IMG/VR virus record: IMGVR_UViG_3300031451_000004
Coordinates: 1-60,706 of that record
Source: a virus
Lineage: Duplodnaviria > Caudoviricetes
Strand: one strand, 5' to 3'
DNA: 60,706 nt
The stretch's first letter is position 1. Each line of letters starts with the position of its first letter. Positions 1 through 9,565 of this stretch are shown here, piece by piece. A model generated the notes under the pieces. That model did not search any database. It saw only the letters and a program-made list of their open reading frames with translations, and was not told the origin of the DNA. The translations under genes were made by a program, and so were the position numbers.

Positions 1-703
1 CCGCTATCTGATGCGGCACCGGCACAGCACGCCGTTCGAGATGTGCGAGATCAAGTATCACGTGAAGCTGCCGATCTTCGTCGCGCGGCAGTGGATCCGG
101 CACCGCATGGCGAACGTGAACGAGTATTCCGCCCGCTACAGCATCCTCGACCGCGAGTTCTACATCCCGGAGCCGGAGCACCTCGCCGCCCAGAGCAGCA
201 GCAACCGCCAGGGCCGCGGCGCGGTGCTGGAGGGCGAGGAGGCCGCCGCCGTTCTCGACATGCTCAGGCGCGATGCGACGCTCACCTATGACCACTACGC
301 TTATATGCTGAACGAAGGCGCGGACGGGACACCGGTCGATCCGGCGCGCCAGGGGTTGGCGCGGGAACTCGCCCGCATGAACCTGACGCTCAACACCTAT
401 ACACAGTGGTATTGGAAGGCGGACCTGCACAACCTGCTAGGTTTCCTATCGTTGCGCGCCGACGCCCATGCACAGTTCGAGATACGCGCCTATGCCGACG
501 CGATGCTGGAAACGGTGTGTGCCTGGGTGCCGGAAACGTTCCAGGCGTTCCAGGACTACCGGATGGGCGCCGCCACCCTGTCGGCGCAAATGCTCGCGGT
601 CGTCCGCCGCAAGCTGGCCGGGGAGGCTGTCGACCAACCCGGCAGCGGCCTTTCCAAGCGCGAATGGGCCGAGCTGATGGAGCTATTGGAGCACGCATGT
701 TGA
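1..703 (+). CDS. thyX: FAD-dependent thymidylate synthase ThyX, 3' part (5'-truncated at the window edge)
   Basis: RHRHSTPFE, ARQWIRHR-x7-SARYS ThyX signature, ELARMNL and HAQFEIR. The frame is open to base 2 (RYLM). Confidence 0.96.
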   Translation, partial: RYLMRHRHSTPFEMCEIKYHVKLPIFVARQWIRHRMANVNEYSARYSILDREFYIPEPEHLAAQSSSNRQGRGAVLEGEEAAAVLDMLRRDATLTYDHYAYMLNEGADGTPVDPARQGLARELARMNLTLNTYTQWYWKADLHNLLGFLSLRADAHAQFEIRAYADAMLETVCAWVPETFQAFQDYRMGAATLSAQMLAVVRRKLAGEAVDQPGSGLSKREWAELMELLEHAC

Positions 704-759
704 CCAGCACAGAAACCCCTGGTTTGCTCATTAATCGCGAGCCGAAAGGAAATCCGAAC

Positions 760-1494
760 ATGCGACACATAAGTCGCCAGACACTTACTAACCTCCTCAC
801 CTTGCACCAAAAATGGCTGCAAGGTGAGGAAGACGGCACGTACGCCGATCTCAGGGGTGCTGACTTCAAGGAAACTGACCTCAAGGAAACTGACCTCATG
901 CGCGCCAACCTCATGGGCGCCAACCTCATGGGCGCCAACCTCATGGGCGCTAACCTCATGGGCGCCAACCTCAGCAACACTAACCTCAGGAATACTAACC
1001 TCATAGGCGCTAACCTCAGGAACGCTAATCTCGGGGGTGCCGACTTCATGGACGCTAACCTCAGGAACACTGACCTCACGGGCGCTGACCTCAAAGACGC
1101 TGACTTCACGCGCGCCGACCTCACGGGTGCTGTTTTCAGAGGCGCTGAAATCCCCATCATTCCTCAGATCGACGCAGCGATCCTCGCAGCTATAGGAGAA
1201 AAACCGAACACCCTAAGGATGAACACGTGGCACACATGCCACACAACCCATTGCCGCGCCGGATGGGCCATCACGCTGGCTGGCGAGGCCGGTGCGGCGC
1301 TAGAGGCCGCGGTAGGCCCGGCGGCTGCGGGTGCGCTGATCTATGCGGTATCAAGACCCGATATGCCGGTGCCGAATTTCTATACAACCAACAAAAAGGC
1401 GTTCGCCGATATCGCCGCCTGCGCGGCTGCTGCCTCCATAAAATGCACTACGCGCGATAAGGGCGATTATCGCGCTTCATCGCTTATTATCTGA
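760..1494 (+). CDS. Pentapeptide repeat protein
   Basis: Tandem A(N/D)LxG pentapeptides. ATG760 follows AAAGGA. LHQKWL N-terminus and WHTCHTTHCRAGW C-terminal domain are typical of phage pentapeptide proteins. Confidence 0.85.
   Translation: MRHISRQTLTNLLTLHQKWLQGEEDGTYADLRGADFKETDLKETDLMRANLMGANLMGANLMGANLMGANLSNTNLRNTNLIGANLRNANLGGADFMDANLRNTDLTGADLKDADFTRADLTGAVFRGAEIPIIPQIDAAILAAIGEKPNTLRMNTWHTCHTTHCRAGWAITLAGEAGAALEAAVGPAAAGALIYAVSRPDMPVPNFYTTNKKAFADIAACAAAASIKCTTRDKGDYRASSLII
847..1150 (+). repeat. 15-bp coding tandem repeats (e.g. GCCAACCTCATGGGC)
   Basis: Directly visible periodicity encoding the pentapeptides. Confidence 0.85.
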
Positions 1495-1509
1495 CAAAGC
1501 AACGCAAAG

Positions 1510-1540
1510 AACCGGCAAGGGGCCACACCTCCTGCCGGTT
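1510..1540. terminator. Hairpin between convergent genes
   Basis: AACCGGCA...TGCCGGTT inverted repeat. Confidence 0.5.
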
Positions 1541-2163
1541 CACCGCACCACAATATGCAGCGCCGGATACTCAACCGAGCGTTCCTTTTTTGTGATCCAT
1601 TTTCCTGGAAAATTCAGCGTATAAACCCGCTCGGCACTCACCAGATTGCCAAATCGTCCCTTAACCGCCCTAGCGGCATCATCAAACAAACCAGGCGGCA
1701 CGCTATAGGTTAACTTGCGCGTGCCAATTAACTGAACGTCAACTTTCCGAGCGTAGGGTTGATTATTGTAAATATACAGTTCCGCATCCGGCGGTATACT
1801 TTCTGCAACAATCATTGTGGCTGGGATAGGACGTCCATTCACCGCAACAACAAAAGAGTCTCGATATTTTCCATTTTTTACCGGAGATCGAGCCCGCAAA
1901 AACTCCACCGCAAACGTCACCACCTCTCCCAAATAGCCAAATTGATAGGCGATCACGCCATTAGGGCGCACGATATCCTCCGACGCGCCTTCTTGGCCGT
2001 CGACAAAACGTTTGTATTGCCCGCTAGCCTGACCAGAAGCAATCAGCTCTGCCATCCCTTCACGCGCATAATCTGCCAAAAACTTACTCTGTGCAGATGG
2101 CGACAAACCTTGATCGACCATAACCGTGATGAGCTGAGTATTAAACTTCGTCGCCATCATCAA
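1540..2163 (-). CDS. Putative tail completion/neck protein (HK97 gp10-like)
   Basis: RSPVKNGKYRDS and NNQPYARKV motifs, located in the tail operon. Confidence 0.6.
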   Translation of the reverse strand: MMMATKFNTQLITVMVDQGLSPSAQSKFLADYAREGMAELIASGQASGQYKRFVDGQEGASEDIVRPNGVIAYQFGYLGEVVTFAVEFLRARSPVKNGKYRDSFVVAVNGRPIPATMIVAESIPPDAELYIYNNQPYARKVDVQLIGTRKLTYSVPPGLFDDAARAVKGRFGNLVSAERVYTLNFPGKWITKKERSVEYPALHIVVR

Positions 2164-2569
2164 CCTCCCATCTAGCTAGCTTGCTGGCCATATGGTCCGG
2201 CGATGCTGTCATACCGCGGCGCTGCTGTGCGTGCCATTGTGTAATCATCTCGCGATCGAGCGCCATAACAAGCGGAATGATGAAATCCCGGTCTATCTGA
2301 TGGCACCCAGCCCGATCGCACCATTCATGCATTTTAGACCATGGGATGGGCCCTGGACGGGCCTGAATGATCGTAGCGCCCATTGGCACCGCATGGCCTA
2401 CTGTGACGTGCTGACGCTCACTGGATAGTTCATTCCAGGCTCGCCACGGCGGCTCTGCCCAAAATGGCAGACTTGGCTCAACAGGTCTATCTTCGTCTGA
2501 AAACGAGTCTAAGAGTTCTCGGTATTCGGCCCATTGGATATGGAACCGGAGTCGCTCAATAAGTTTCCC
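2141..2569 (-). CDS. Tail assembly chaperone GT extension reached by -1 frameshift
   Basis: The -1 frame from G GGA AAC (2569-2563) is open: KLIERLRFHIQW...AWNELSSER...GPIPWSKM, running into ORF 2141-2389. Confidence 0.8.
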   Translation of the reverse strand, partial: GKLIERLRFHIQWAEYRELLDSFSDEDRPVEPSLPFWAEPPWRAWNELSSERQHVTVGHAVPMGATIIQARPGPIPWSKMHEWCDRAGCHQIDRDFIIPLVMALDREMITQWHAQQRRGMTASPDHMASKLARWEVDDGDEV

Positions 2570-2967
2570 TCCGCTTCCTCAACCAGCACAGCATTGTTCT
2601 GACCCACACGCATGGCGCACGCGAATGACACAATTGCCAACTCACCATACTCCGGTAACAAGATCAGCTCTTTAAATTCTTTAATAGTCACTGTCTTACC
2701 ATCGGCATGGTCAAGCCCACGAACGTCCACCAGGCACGTCTCATTCAAAGACTCAATGTCGATTTGGTTCCGCTCCTTCGAGCCTACCTTATCCTCGCCG
2801 CCAACCAAGCGTGCCGCACGCCGCATCTTGCTTGCGCGCATGTCAGCATAAGCCGAGCCCATGGCCTTTGATTTAATTTCTATGCCGTTATATTCTGGAC
2901 CAGGATTAATCCACTCCCCCTCACGCATGGCAACAGGATTGCGGGCGAACGTAGACAGCTTAGCCAT
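2509..2967 (-). CDS. Tail assembly chaperone (gpG-like)
   Basis: Follows the tail tube gene; REGEWI motif; EEAEGN slippery site near the end. Confidence 0.8.
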   Translation of the reverse strand: MAKLSTFARNPVAMREGEWINPGPEYNGIEIKSKAMGSAYADMRASKMRRAARLVGGEDKVGSKERNQIDIESLNETCLVDVRGLDHADGKTVTIKEFKELILLPEYGELAIVSFACAMRVGQNNAVLVEEAEGNLLSDSGSISNGPNTENS

Positions 2968-3066
2968 TAGAAATTCCTAACGAGGGACGGGAACGGGATG
3001 GCGGCGGCACCCCCGCGAATGCCGCCGTCAAGTATCGCGCGATACAGCTTTGCAGCCAAAATCGTT

Positions 3067-4293
3067 TTACGCGCCTGCCGGGAAACGGTCAATGTTGATC
3101 GTGCAGCCAGACGCAGTATCCGGTGCCGCTTCAATGGTAATCGGCGCGGTCAGCATTTTGTTCGGTCCCGTCATAGCAATACCGCTATCAAACAACGGCA
3201 GTGCCTGCGGAATCGTGAAAACATAACGATTACCAGCCTGATCGCCAAAGTGTGCCGAGAACACGCCCTTGGTTTCCGCACGGAATGCGTCATACATCAC
3301 GAAGTCACGGAATGCGATGTCCAGCTTGGCAGCCGCCATGAACGTGCCGCCAAGCATCCCCGCCGCAATCGGACTGCCAAGGAAGTATTCCCCCGCAGCG
3401 CCGGTGTTGGTCAGATCGATTGCGCACGAATTGACTCCGGTTCCGATCGGAGCATCGTTGAAATAAACGCCCTTAAACCCGGCAACCGGATCGAGGTCCC
3501 GAGTGTTCGGCGCCGGAACAATGCCACCCGTCGAGGCGTCCGTTGTGCCCTTTAGCTCCTGCTGCGACGCCATGTTGAACGTCGCCTGCATGAACTGGCC
3601 AAGACTCAAAGTAATGGCGCAGCTTGCCGGATATGAGCCAGGATAGCGAAACCATTTGGTTCCTGCGGGGTCCAAACGCTGCTGCATAAAAATAGATTTG
3701 AAAAACACGCCATTCTGAACGCAGCTGAAGCTGATCGTCGCAGCAGTGCCAGCCGGCGTTTCGGCTACCGGAACAAAACCAAGCGGAGCCAGGGCCAGGC
3801 TGGTCAAGCTATTGACCGCAACAACACGGTAAAAACCGTTGTTGATCGTGTTCGTAAAGCCTTTGAGCTTCAGATACTGACCAACCTTGATGCCGGTGAA
3901 CTTGCCTGCAGTCGGGCTTGTCAACGTGCCATCCGCAGCCAAAACAATATCGCCACCAACGCCGAAAATTGCAGTCGGAACCTGCCAATCACCGCCAACA
4001 GTCGCGCTCAAGAAATCATCGAACGCGCTGGCCCGGCCAGTCTCGGCGTAGAATGCCGGCATGACGATGGCGCCGGATGCCGTCTCTTGCGTGGTTAGCC
4101 CAGCCGGCGTCTGACGGTCGCCACGCACCTCGCCAGGCATCGTCCGCGTCTTTTTATGCGCCATGCTTTCGGACAGCAGCCGCATAGCCTGAAAAGTCGT
4201 AGCAGGAGCCGCCGCCCACGTGCTTTCCGGCGCGTAAGACATCTGCGTTGTGGTGGTCTCAAATGCAGCCTGATAGGCGGCGACGCTGGGCAT
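3067..4293 (-). CDS. Major tail tube protein
   Basis: ESTWAAAP and EVRGDRQ N-terminal motifs; lies between the tail terminator and the chaperone. Confidence 0.8.
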   Translation of the reverse strand: MPSVAAYQAAFETTTTQMSYAPESTWAAAPATTFQAMRLLSESMAHKKTRTMPGEVRGDRQTPAGLTTQETASGAIVMPAFYAETGRASAFDDFLSATVGGDWQVPTAIFGVGGDIVLAADGTLTSPTAGKFTGIKVGQYLKLKGFTNTINNGFYRVVAVNSLTSLALAPLGFVPVAETPAGTAATISFSCVQNGVFFKSIFMQQRLDPAGTKWFRYPGSYPASCAITLSLGQFMQATFNMASQQELKGTTDASTGGIVPAPNTRDLDPVAGFKGVYFNDAPIGTGVNSCAIDLTNTGAAGEYFLGSPIAAGMLGGTFMAAAKLDIAFRDFVMYDAFRAETKGVFSAHFGDQAGNRYVFTIPQALPLFDSGIAMTGPNKMLTAPITIEAAPDTASGCTINIDRFPAGA

Positions 4294-4320
4294 TTTATGC
4301 TATCCTTTCGACTAACGGCG

Positions 4321-4482
4321 TTATTCTTGCGCTACAAGCGCAGCATTTTCCTTCGGAACTACGGGATCGATCACCTTGAGCCTGGCGGTCTGCCCAGACA
4401 ATAGAGCAGGAGCCAAACTATCAGGCATCTCCTGATGACCAACAACATTGCCATTAGCATCCAAAATCTCATAAACCCGCAT
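4321..4482 (-). CDS. Small hypothetical protein (53 aa, MRVYEILDANGNVVG...), not in the ORF track
   Basis: Manually translated; it fills the gap between the tail terminator and tube genes. Confidence 0.6.
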   Translation of the reverse strand: MRVYEILDANGNVVGHQEMPDSLAPALLSGQTARLKVIDPVVPKENAALVAQE

Positions 4483-4483
4483 A

Positions 4484-4912
4484 TCACTGCCCCTCTACAA
4501 TCGTTTGAACGTGCCAATCGGCCCGCATGGACGCCACCCAATACAAACCGTCATCCGTGCCGGAACCGCTAGGATCGGCTGCAATGCCCGTGTATGTCAC
4601 AGGTAAGTACGGTGGTCCACGAAAAGCTGTTTTAAGTTGATCTATTATGGCAATAGAGTCATCTAGCCCGGTGCCAGTCATTACCATGACATCAATCATG
4701 GTCTGACCTTGTTCGAGCCACATGCCGCCTTCGCCCAACTCAGTTTTCAGGCTAGCGCCCTGGCTCAAATCAACCCGCATCCATGGTCCTGATTGCGTCG
4801 GCAAATTAAAGTCGGTATTGGGGTAAGCAATGGGCAAAAGCACGCCGTTAACGCTAATCTGAGCGCTTTCTAGCCTGGTGCGGATGTCGGCCCATGCGAT
4901 AGCGCCCGCCAT
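4484..4912 (-). CDS. Tail terminator-like protein
   Basis: IAYPN-x-F...PWMRV...G-x-G pattern and position. Confidence 0.7.
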   Translation of the reverse strand: MAGAIAWADIRTRLESAQISVNGVLLPIAYPNTDFNLPTQSGPWMRVDLSQGASLKTELGEGGMWLEQGQTMIDVMVMTGTGLDDSIAIIDQLKTAFRGPPYLPVTYTGIAADPSGSGTDDGLYWVASMRADWHVQTIVEGQ

Positions 4913-4915
4913 CGA

Positions 4916-5245
4916 TCAGCCGCCCCTAATCTGCATGATGTAGAGGCACGGCTTGCCACGTAAATATAACAGCTCAACGCTTTGCACAACGGCAGTATTT
5001 TCCCCGATATCAACACGATCCGGATTGCGCGGCTGGGCTGGCCAACCCTGAAAGCGCAAGTCATCCGGGACCACGTGCATTATTCGGTCTCCTTGGATGA
5101 TGCCGTCACCCAACTGATTTGGCTGATAGCCACGAACGAAAGCTTGCACGGTCGCGCTGATGGCTTGCGGACCAGAGCCGCGCCGAAACGTCACGGGCTG
5201 GCCCTCTTTCTGGATTTTGGCAGCAACGCTTTCTATGCTTGGCAT
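4916..5245 (-). CDS. Head closure/stopper protein
   Basis: GQPVTFRR...GIIQGDR motifs and synteny. Confidence 0.65.
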   Translation of the reverse strand: MPSIESVAAKIQKEGQPVTFRRGSGPQAISATVQAFVRGYQPNQLGDGIIQGDRIMHVVPDDLRFQGWPAQPRNPDRVDIGENTAVVQSVELLYLRGKPCLYIMQIRGG

Positions 5246-5874
5246 TATACAAGCCGATACGTGGCCAAGGCGTCTTGCGCTGTGGACGGCAAAATGCCCG
5301 TTAATCCAGCAAGAGTTGGGTCATAGTAATCAGTCTGTCCAATTCCCTGCACCATGTCGCGTTTAATCAACGGATCGACCCTTTTGGCCTTATACCAAAA
5401 GTTCGACACGGTATCGATGCAAGCACGCTCAACAGCAGCCGGAAGGGTGCGCCCGTCCTGACCGGGCAACAGATAACCACCAACATAAACGATTTCAGCA
5501 TTTATCGTGCCATGCGGCAGCTTAAGAACACCACTTTCCTCGTCATAATTGAAAAAAGCGGTTGTGAGCGGCATCGACTCGGTAATTCTTACGATGCTGA
5601 CAATGGGAAGTCGGGTCAAAATGACGGTTGTAGGGAGAAAATTTTCTCGATAACTGTCAACCCAGCCATAAGCAGTATAAATCGTCTCGGATATAGTCGC
5701 TTGGGCAAATTGACGCGCGCAATAGTCGCAAATCGCGCTCGATGCCTGATCAATAAGGCTCGCGATGCGCTCGATGGCCTCACCATCCGGCAAATTCAAC
5801 TCGGCCTGGACAGCCACAACCGTTGTCAGTCTGGTTGCAGCTGGTTGGACAACAGTTTTGACCTTCTTTTGCAT
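5245..5874 (-). CDS. Head-tail connector (gp6-like)
   Basis: LIDQASSAICDYCARQF...YVGGY...LPAAVERAC. Confidence 0.75.
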   Translation of the reverse strand: MQKKVKTVVQPAATRLTTVVAVQAELNLPDGEAIERIASLIDQASSAICDYCARQFAQATISETIYTAYGWVDSYRENFLPTTVILTRLPIVSIVRITESMPLTTAFFNYDEESGVLKLPHGTINAEIVYVGGYLLPGQDGRTLPAAVERACIDTVSNFWYKAKRVDPLIKRDMVQGIGQTDYYDPTLAGLTGILPSTAQDALATYRLV

Positions 5875-6092
5875 TACTTCTTTTTGTTCACTTGGGGAAC
5901 AGAGGCCACAACCGGTTTGATCGTCGGGGCAACAGGAACGTCCACCACTGCCGGAAGCGCAAGGCCATTACGCACAAGCTGGATGCCGTGAAACTGGTCA
6001 AGTTCAAACACCTCCCCAGCAAAAACAAGCCCCTGTTTACCATTCTTAACAGCCGGGTCGTGAAAGATCGTCATAGCTTGATAAGCAGGCAT
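5874..6092 (-). CDS. Small hypothetical protein after the capsid gene
   Basis: ORF with RBS in the head operon. Confidence 0.6.
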   Translation of the reverse strand: MPAYQAMTIFHDPAVKNGKQGLVFAGEVFELDQFHGIQLVRNGLALPAVVDVPVAPTIKPVVASVPQVNKKK

Positions 6093-6112
6093 AAATGGCT
6101 CCGTATAAGGGT

Positions 6113-6136
6113 AAGGGCCGCTCCTTAGCGGCCCTT
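6113..6136 (-). terminator. Hairpin downstream of the capsid gene
   Basis: AAGGGCCGCT-CCTT-AGCGGCCCTT, a 10-bp stem. Confidence 0.6.
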
Positions 6137-6144
6137 GTTAGCCA

Positions 6145-7350
6145 TTAGGGCTCGGAGAACAACCCCTTGATCAAAGCCTGCGGACGATATACCGCCAAAG
6201 CCAGACGCTCTTCGCAAAGGATCGTAACCATGTTCTTGCGGAAGTTGTCTACATCCTCGCTCGAGATCGCAACCGTAGCGTCCTCACGGTCGAAAATCTG
6301 CGCAGCAAGCATCAACGACCCGGTCAGGAAGTTGTTTTGCGGCATCGCAATCGACTCTGCAACCGGTAGCCCCCATAGACGCGGTGTGCCGATATTCTGC
6401 GGATCAGAGAAGATATAACGGTTCTGCGTATCCTTAATGAGCTGGATATTCACCCAGTCAATCGGGTTTAAAACGAAGCTAGTGGGCGGATACAGCGACA
6501 AAGTCGTCTGCAACATCGCTAGGCGCAGCTTGTCGATCGGCGTTGCACCTTGAACCGTCACGCCAGGCGGCGGTGCATAGGGCGTGGCCTGCGGCAAGAG
6601 GCCAAGCATGTTGGCGCCAGCACCAGAGCCAAGCAGCAAAGATAGGTCCTCTGCGAACGCCAGGCCGTAGCGCAAACGCCCATCGATGGTCGATTGCAAC
6701 TGAGGCGCGTCCGCCAAAATCTGGCGAGAGGCCATAATGAAATGCGCGATCGTGCGAACAGGCAAGTTGACGATTTCCGACGCCCACGCGGACTCCGGCT
6801 TCAACGCACCTTCCGCAACATACGCAGCATTGTTCGTGAACAGCGTCTCACGCACGAAGTCGATGCTGCCGCTATCGGTGCGCCCTGGCATAAGCAGGTC
6901 GCGAACCACCAAAGGGCGCTGCGGCAACGTGATCACGCCAGGTACACGCATGGCAGGCACAAGAGCCGTGCTGCCAGAGGTGCCCGAAGTGGTGGCGCTG
7001 GTGATTGCTTTCACCTCGACGCTCATGCGACGCCCTGCCGCAATACCGTTACCGGCAAACGACTTGTAGGAATCAGATTCGATGACCGAATAGCCCATGC
7101 TCTTCGCTTCAGTAACATCTCCAGGCTCGCCACGACGCGAAAGCTTGCGCTCAATGTCGGCCAAACGAGTAACGATGTCGCCCTGCACAGCAAGAGCCTT
7201 GTCAGAGTCGGCCTTTGTTTCACGCGTTACGTCGCCAAGGTTCTTAATCTCGGCATTCGCCTTCGTGGCAAACGACTTTACTTCATCAGTTGCTTTCTTG
7301 AAATCAACAACCGCCTGCTGCATCTGCTTCTCAAAGGACAACTCAGTCAT
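6145..7350 (-). CDS. HK97-family major capsid protein
   Basis: Coiled-coil delta domain, VAEGALKPES, VRTIAH, RLWGLPV, FRKNMVTILCEERLAL. Confidence 0.95.
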   Translation of the reverse strand: MTELSFEKQMQQAVVDFKKATDEVKSFATKANAEIKNLGDVTRETKADSDKALAVQGDIVTRLADIERKLSRRGEPGDVTEAKSMGYSVIESDSYKSFAGNGIAAGRRMSVEVKAITSATTSGTSGSTALVPAMRVPGVITLPQRPLVVRDLLMPGRTDSGSIDFVRETLFTNNAAYVAEGALKPESAWASEIVNLPVRTIAHFIMASRQILADAPQLQSTIDGRLRYGLAFAEDLSLLLGSGAGANMLGLLPQATPYAPPPGVTVQGATPIDKLRLAMLQTTLSLYPPTSFVLNPIDWVNIQLIKDTQNRYIFSDPQNIGTPRLWGLPVAESIAMPQNNFLTGSLMLAAQIFDREDATVAISSEDVDNFRKNMVTILCEERLALAVYRPQALIKGLFSEP

Positions 7351-7361
7351 TTGCTATCTCC

Positions 7362-8255
7362 TTAAACGGACAGTAGAGAAAAATTCGACAAGAAACCGAA
7401 ATCAACGGATTCGATAGTCGATTTAATCTCGGCAGGTTCGCTTGGCTCTGTCCGAGTCAATAGCGATTTGAAACCGCACTCTGCCACCTGTGCAATTTGC
7501 GAATCGGTAAACCCCTTTGCCTTCAAAGCAGTTTCCAACTCTCGGTAGGCTTCCATCGCCTTCCATCCCGTCAAACCATCTGGCACTGCATTCCCCGTCA
7601 AAGCGGAATGCGCAGACATCAAATGGTTCATCATAACGGCTTTGTCCTTAGCGGACGGGTAAGCCGTGTCTGCCATATGCGCGTCATGCATTTTCATGAC
7701 CGCGGCAATCGAAGTGGCTGCTGCTTCCGGGTCTACGGCATGATCAGCCATGGCCTTCATGGCCTTGACCTCTGCCACGCGGGCCAGGGCATTGCTTGGC
7801 TCGTCCACAAGGCTGATTTCGCCCAAATGGACATTGGTAATCAGCCGCTTGGGCTCGCCAGCCTTCTTGCCCAATTTGGAACCGCCCGGCTTCACCCTGT
7901 AGCCAATCGAGATACCGCCCAACGCACCATCCTTAACGCGCTCATAGATTAGACGCCCGGCATCGGTGTTCATGCCGCTGATCTTGCCTTCGGCAATCAG
8001 CCCCTTCTCATCCTCGGAAACGTTGTTCCAGCGCCCAACCGCCATGCTATCGCCGCCGAAAAGGCCGTGCATGACGTGCATAGGAATACCGCGCCCGGCC
8101 GCCTTGCGCTCCGCAAGCGTCTCGGTAAACGCGCCAGGCGCGATCACGTCACCATGCGAGTCAGTATTGCCAAAGACGGACGCGTAGCCGGAAAACTCCC
8201 CGGTTGCACCGTCGCCAGCAAACTTGAATTCAAAGTCTGAGAATACTGCGTCCAT
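7362..8255 (-). CDS. HK97-family prohead protease
   Basis: FSGYASVFGNTDSHGDVIAPGAF, GISIGY, EISLVDEPSN. Confidence 0.93.
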   Translation of the reverse strand: MDAVFSDFEFKFAGDGATGEFSGYASVFGNTDSHGDVIAPGAFTETLAERKAAGRGIPMHVMHGLFGGDSMAVGRWNNVSEDEKGLIAEGKISGMNTDAGRLIYERVKDGALGGISIGYRVKPGGSKLGKKAGEPKRLITNVHLGEISLVDEPSNALARVAEVKAMKAMADHAVDPEAAATSIAAVMKMHDAHMADTAYPSAKDKAVMMNHLMSAHSALTGNAVPDGLTGWKAMEAYRELETALKAKGFTDSQIAQVAECGFKSLLTRTEPSEPAEIKSTIESVDFGFLSNFSLLSV

Positions 8256-8257
8256 AT

Positions 8258-9565
8258 CTACTGCCTTACGACTGGTTGCGCATCAATTGCAACAGGTTTG
8301 TTGTTTTTGTCCAAACTTGTTTGTAACGGCGCGGCTTCTCCGACCTTATCAAGCGTGGTCAAATTGATTTGGACAGTCGACTTATCCCCACCTTCAACAG
8401 GCGGGTTATCCTCTAGCCCGCGCACCTCGTTGCGCGTCATCCAACCATTCTGGACAGCAGAGGCATAAAGCGCAGAGCGGCTTGCACTGTCCGCACGCAA
8501 CAAACCATCAACGTTGAACTTGGCGTAAATTACTCCCTTGTCTCTTGGCAAGACGAGAGAATGCAAAATCCTCTTTTCAATACGCTGTATCCATGGAGCC
8601 AGCGTGAAAGTGAGAAAGCCCATCATCTGCTGCTCAAGACCCGTGCCCCAAGATGTACTGTTGGCCGTATGCCCGACCATGTGCGGGGGAACCTTGAACC
8701 AACGACAGATTTCCTCAATGGCAAACTGGCGACTTGCCAAAAGCTGGGCATCATCAGGCGTCATGCTGAGGCTGTTATATGTAAACGGCCCTTCCAACAG
8801 CATCGTTGAGCCGGATTGACGCGAGCCACGCAGATCATCGAGTCGCGCTTTAAAGCGCTCTCGTTGTGCATCGGTCAGCACTTCACCACCCGTAGACACA
8901 AACCCGGATAAATTCAAACCGTTTGCGAAAAACTTACCCGCTGATTCATCGGCCGCAATAGCGATGCCGAATGACTGGCGAGCATAAGCGATAGGAGACA
9001 ACCCCAACAATCCGTTTAGAGACCATCCTTTGATGTGGAAAACCTCATCTTCGGTCAGCTCTTCTGCCCGGCCACCGCTGAACCCCTGTCTCCAAGGCGA
9101 AAAGATATACAGCAATGAACCGTCTGGATTGCGACGCACGTTCATGCGATCTGGCGCCAGCGGCGTAAGCGCGATTACCTGACCTAAACCGTTCACTTCC
9201 TTCTTGGCATAAGCGTTTCCCATAAGGAGAACGCAAGAAATCATTGCTTCCCAAAATTCCACACTTGTCATGTCTGCATTGGGCTGATCATGCAGCAGGG
9301 AATAAAGAGGATGATTGAAAGCGACTTGTTTGCCAGCAACGGTTTCCCGGTAAACGATCAATGGCAGGCTCGCAATCGCTTGACTGATCAAATGCACGCA
9401 TGCCCACACGGCAGACAGGTTGAGAGACGTATCAACGGTAACAATCTTACCGGATGACGTATCACGTCCACCCTCGACAATACGAGCAAGCGACGGGTCA
9501 GTTAGGTGAAAGGTGCGAGGTAGGAAGTCAAAGACTGCCTTTGTCGCTTTGCCAAACCAGCTCAT
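8258..9565 (-). CDS. HK97-family portal protein
   Basis: SAVWACVHLISQAIASLP, GLSPIAYA, EEICRWFKVPPHMVG, GWMTRNEVR. Confidence 0.95.
   Translation of the reverse strand: MSWFGKATKAVFDFLPRTFHLTDPSLARIVEGGRDTSSGKIVTVDTSLNLSAVWACVHLISQAIASLPLIVYRETVAGKQVAFNHPLYSLLHDQPNADMTSVEFWEAMISCVLLMGNAYAKKEVNGLGQVIALTPLAPDRMNVRRNPDGSLLYIFSPWRQGFSGGRAEELTEDEVFHIKGWSLNGLLGLSPIAYARQSFGIAIAADESAGKFFANGLNLSGFVSTGGEVLTDAQRERFKARLDDLRGSRQSGSTMLLEGPFTYNSLSMTPDDAQLLASRQFAIEEICRWFKVPPHMVGHTANSTSWGTGLEQQMMGFLTFTLAPWIQRIEKRILHSLVLPRDKGVIYAKFNVDGLLRADSASRSALYASAVQNGWMTRNEVRGLEDNPPVEGGDKSTVQINLTTLDKVGEAAPLQTSLDKNNKPVAIDAQPVVRQ

Noticed and set aside
406-759. N-terminal extension of the pentapeptide ORF
   Set aside because: It overlaps thyX out of frame, and a clear RBS precedes ATG760.
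390-1160. 256-aa antisense ORF and other antisense ORFs over structural genes
   Set aside because: Mirror frames of well-supported genes with no motifs of their own.
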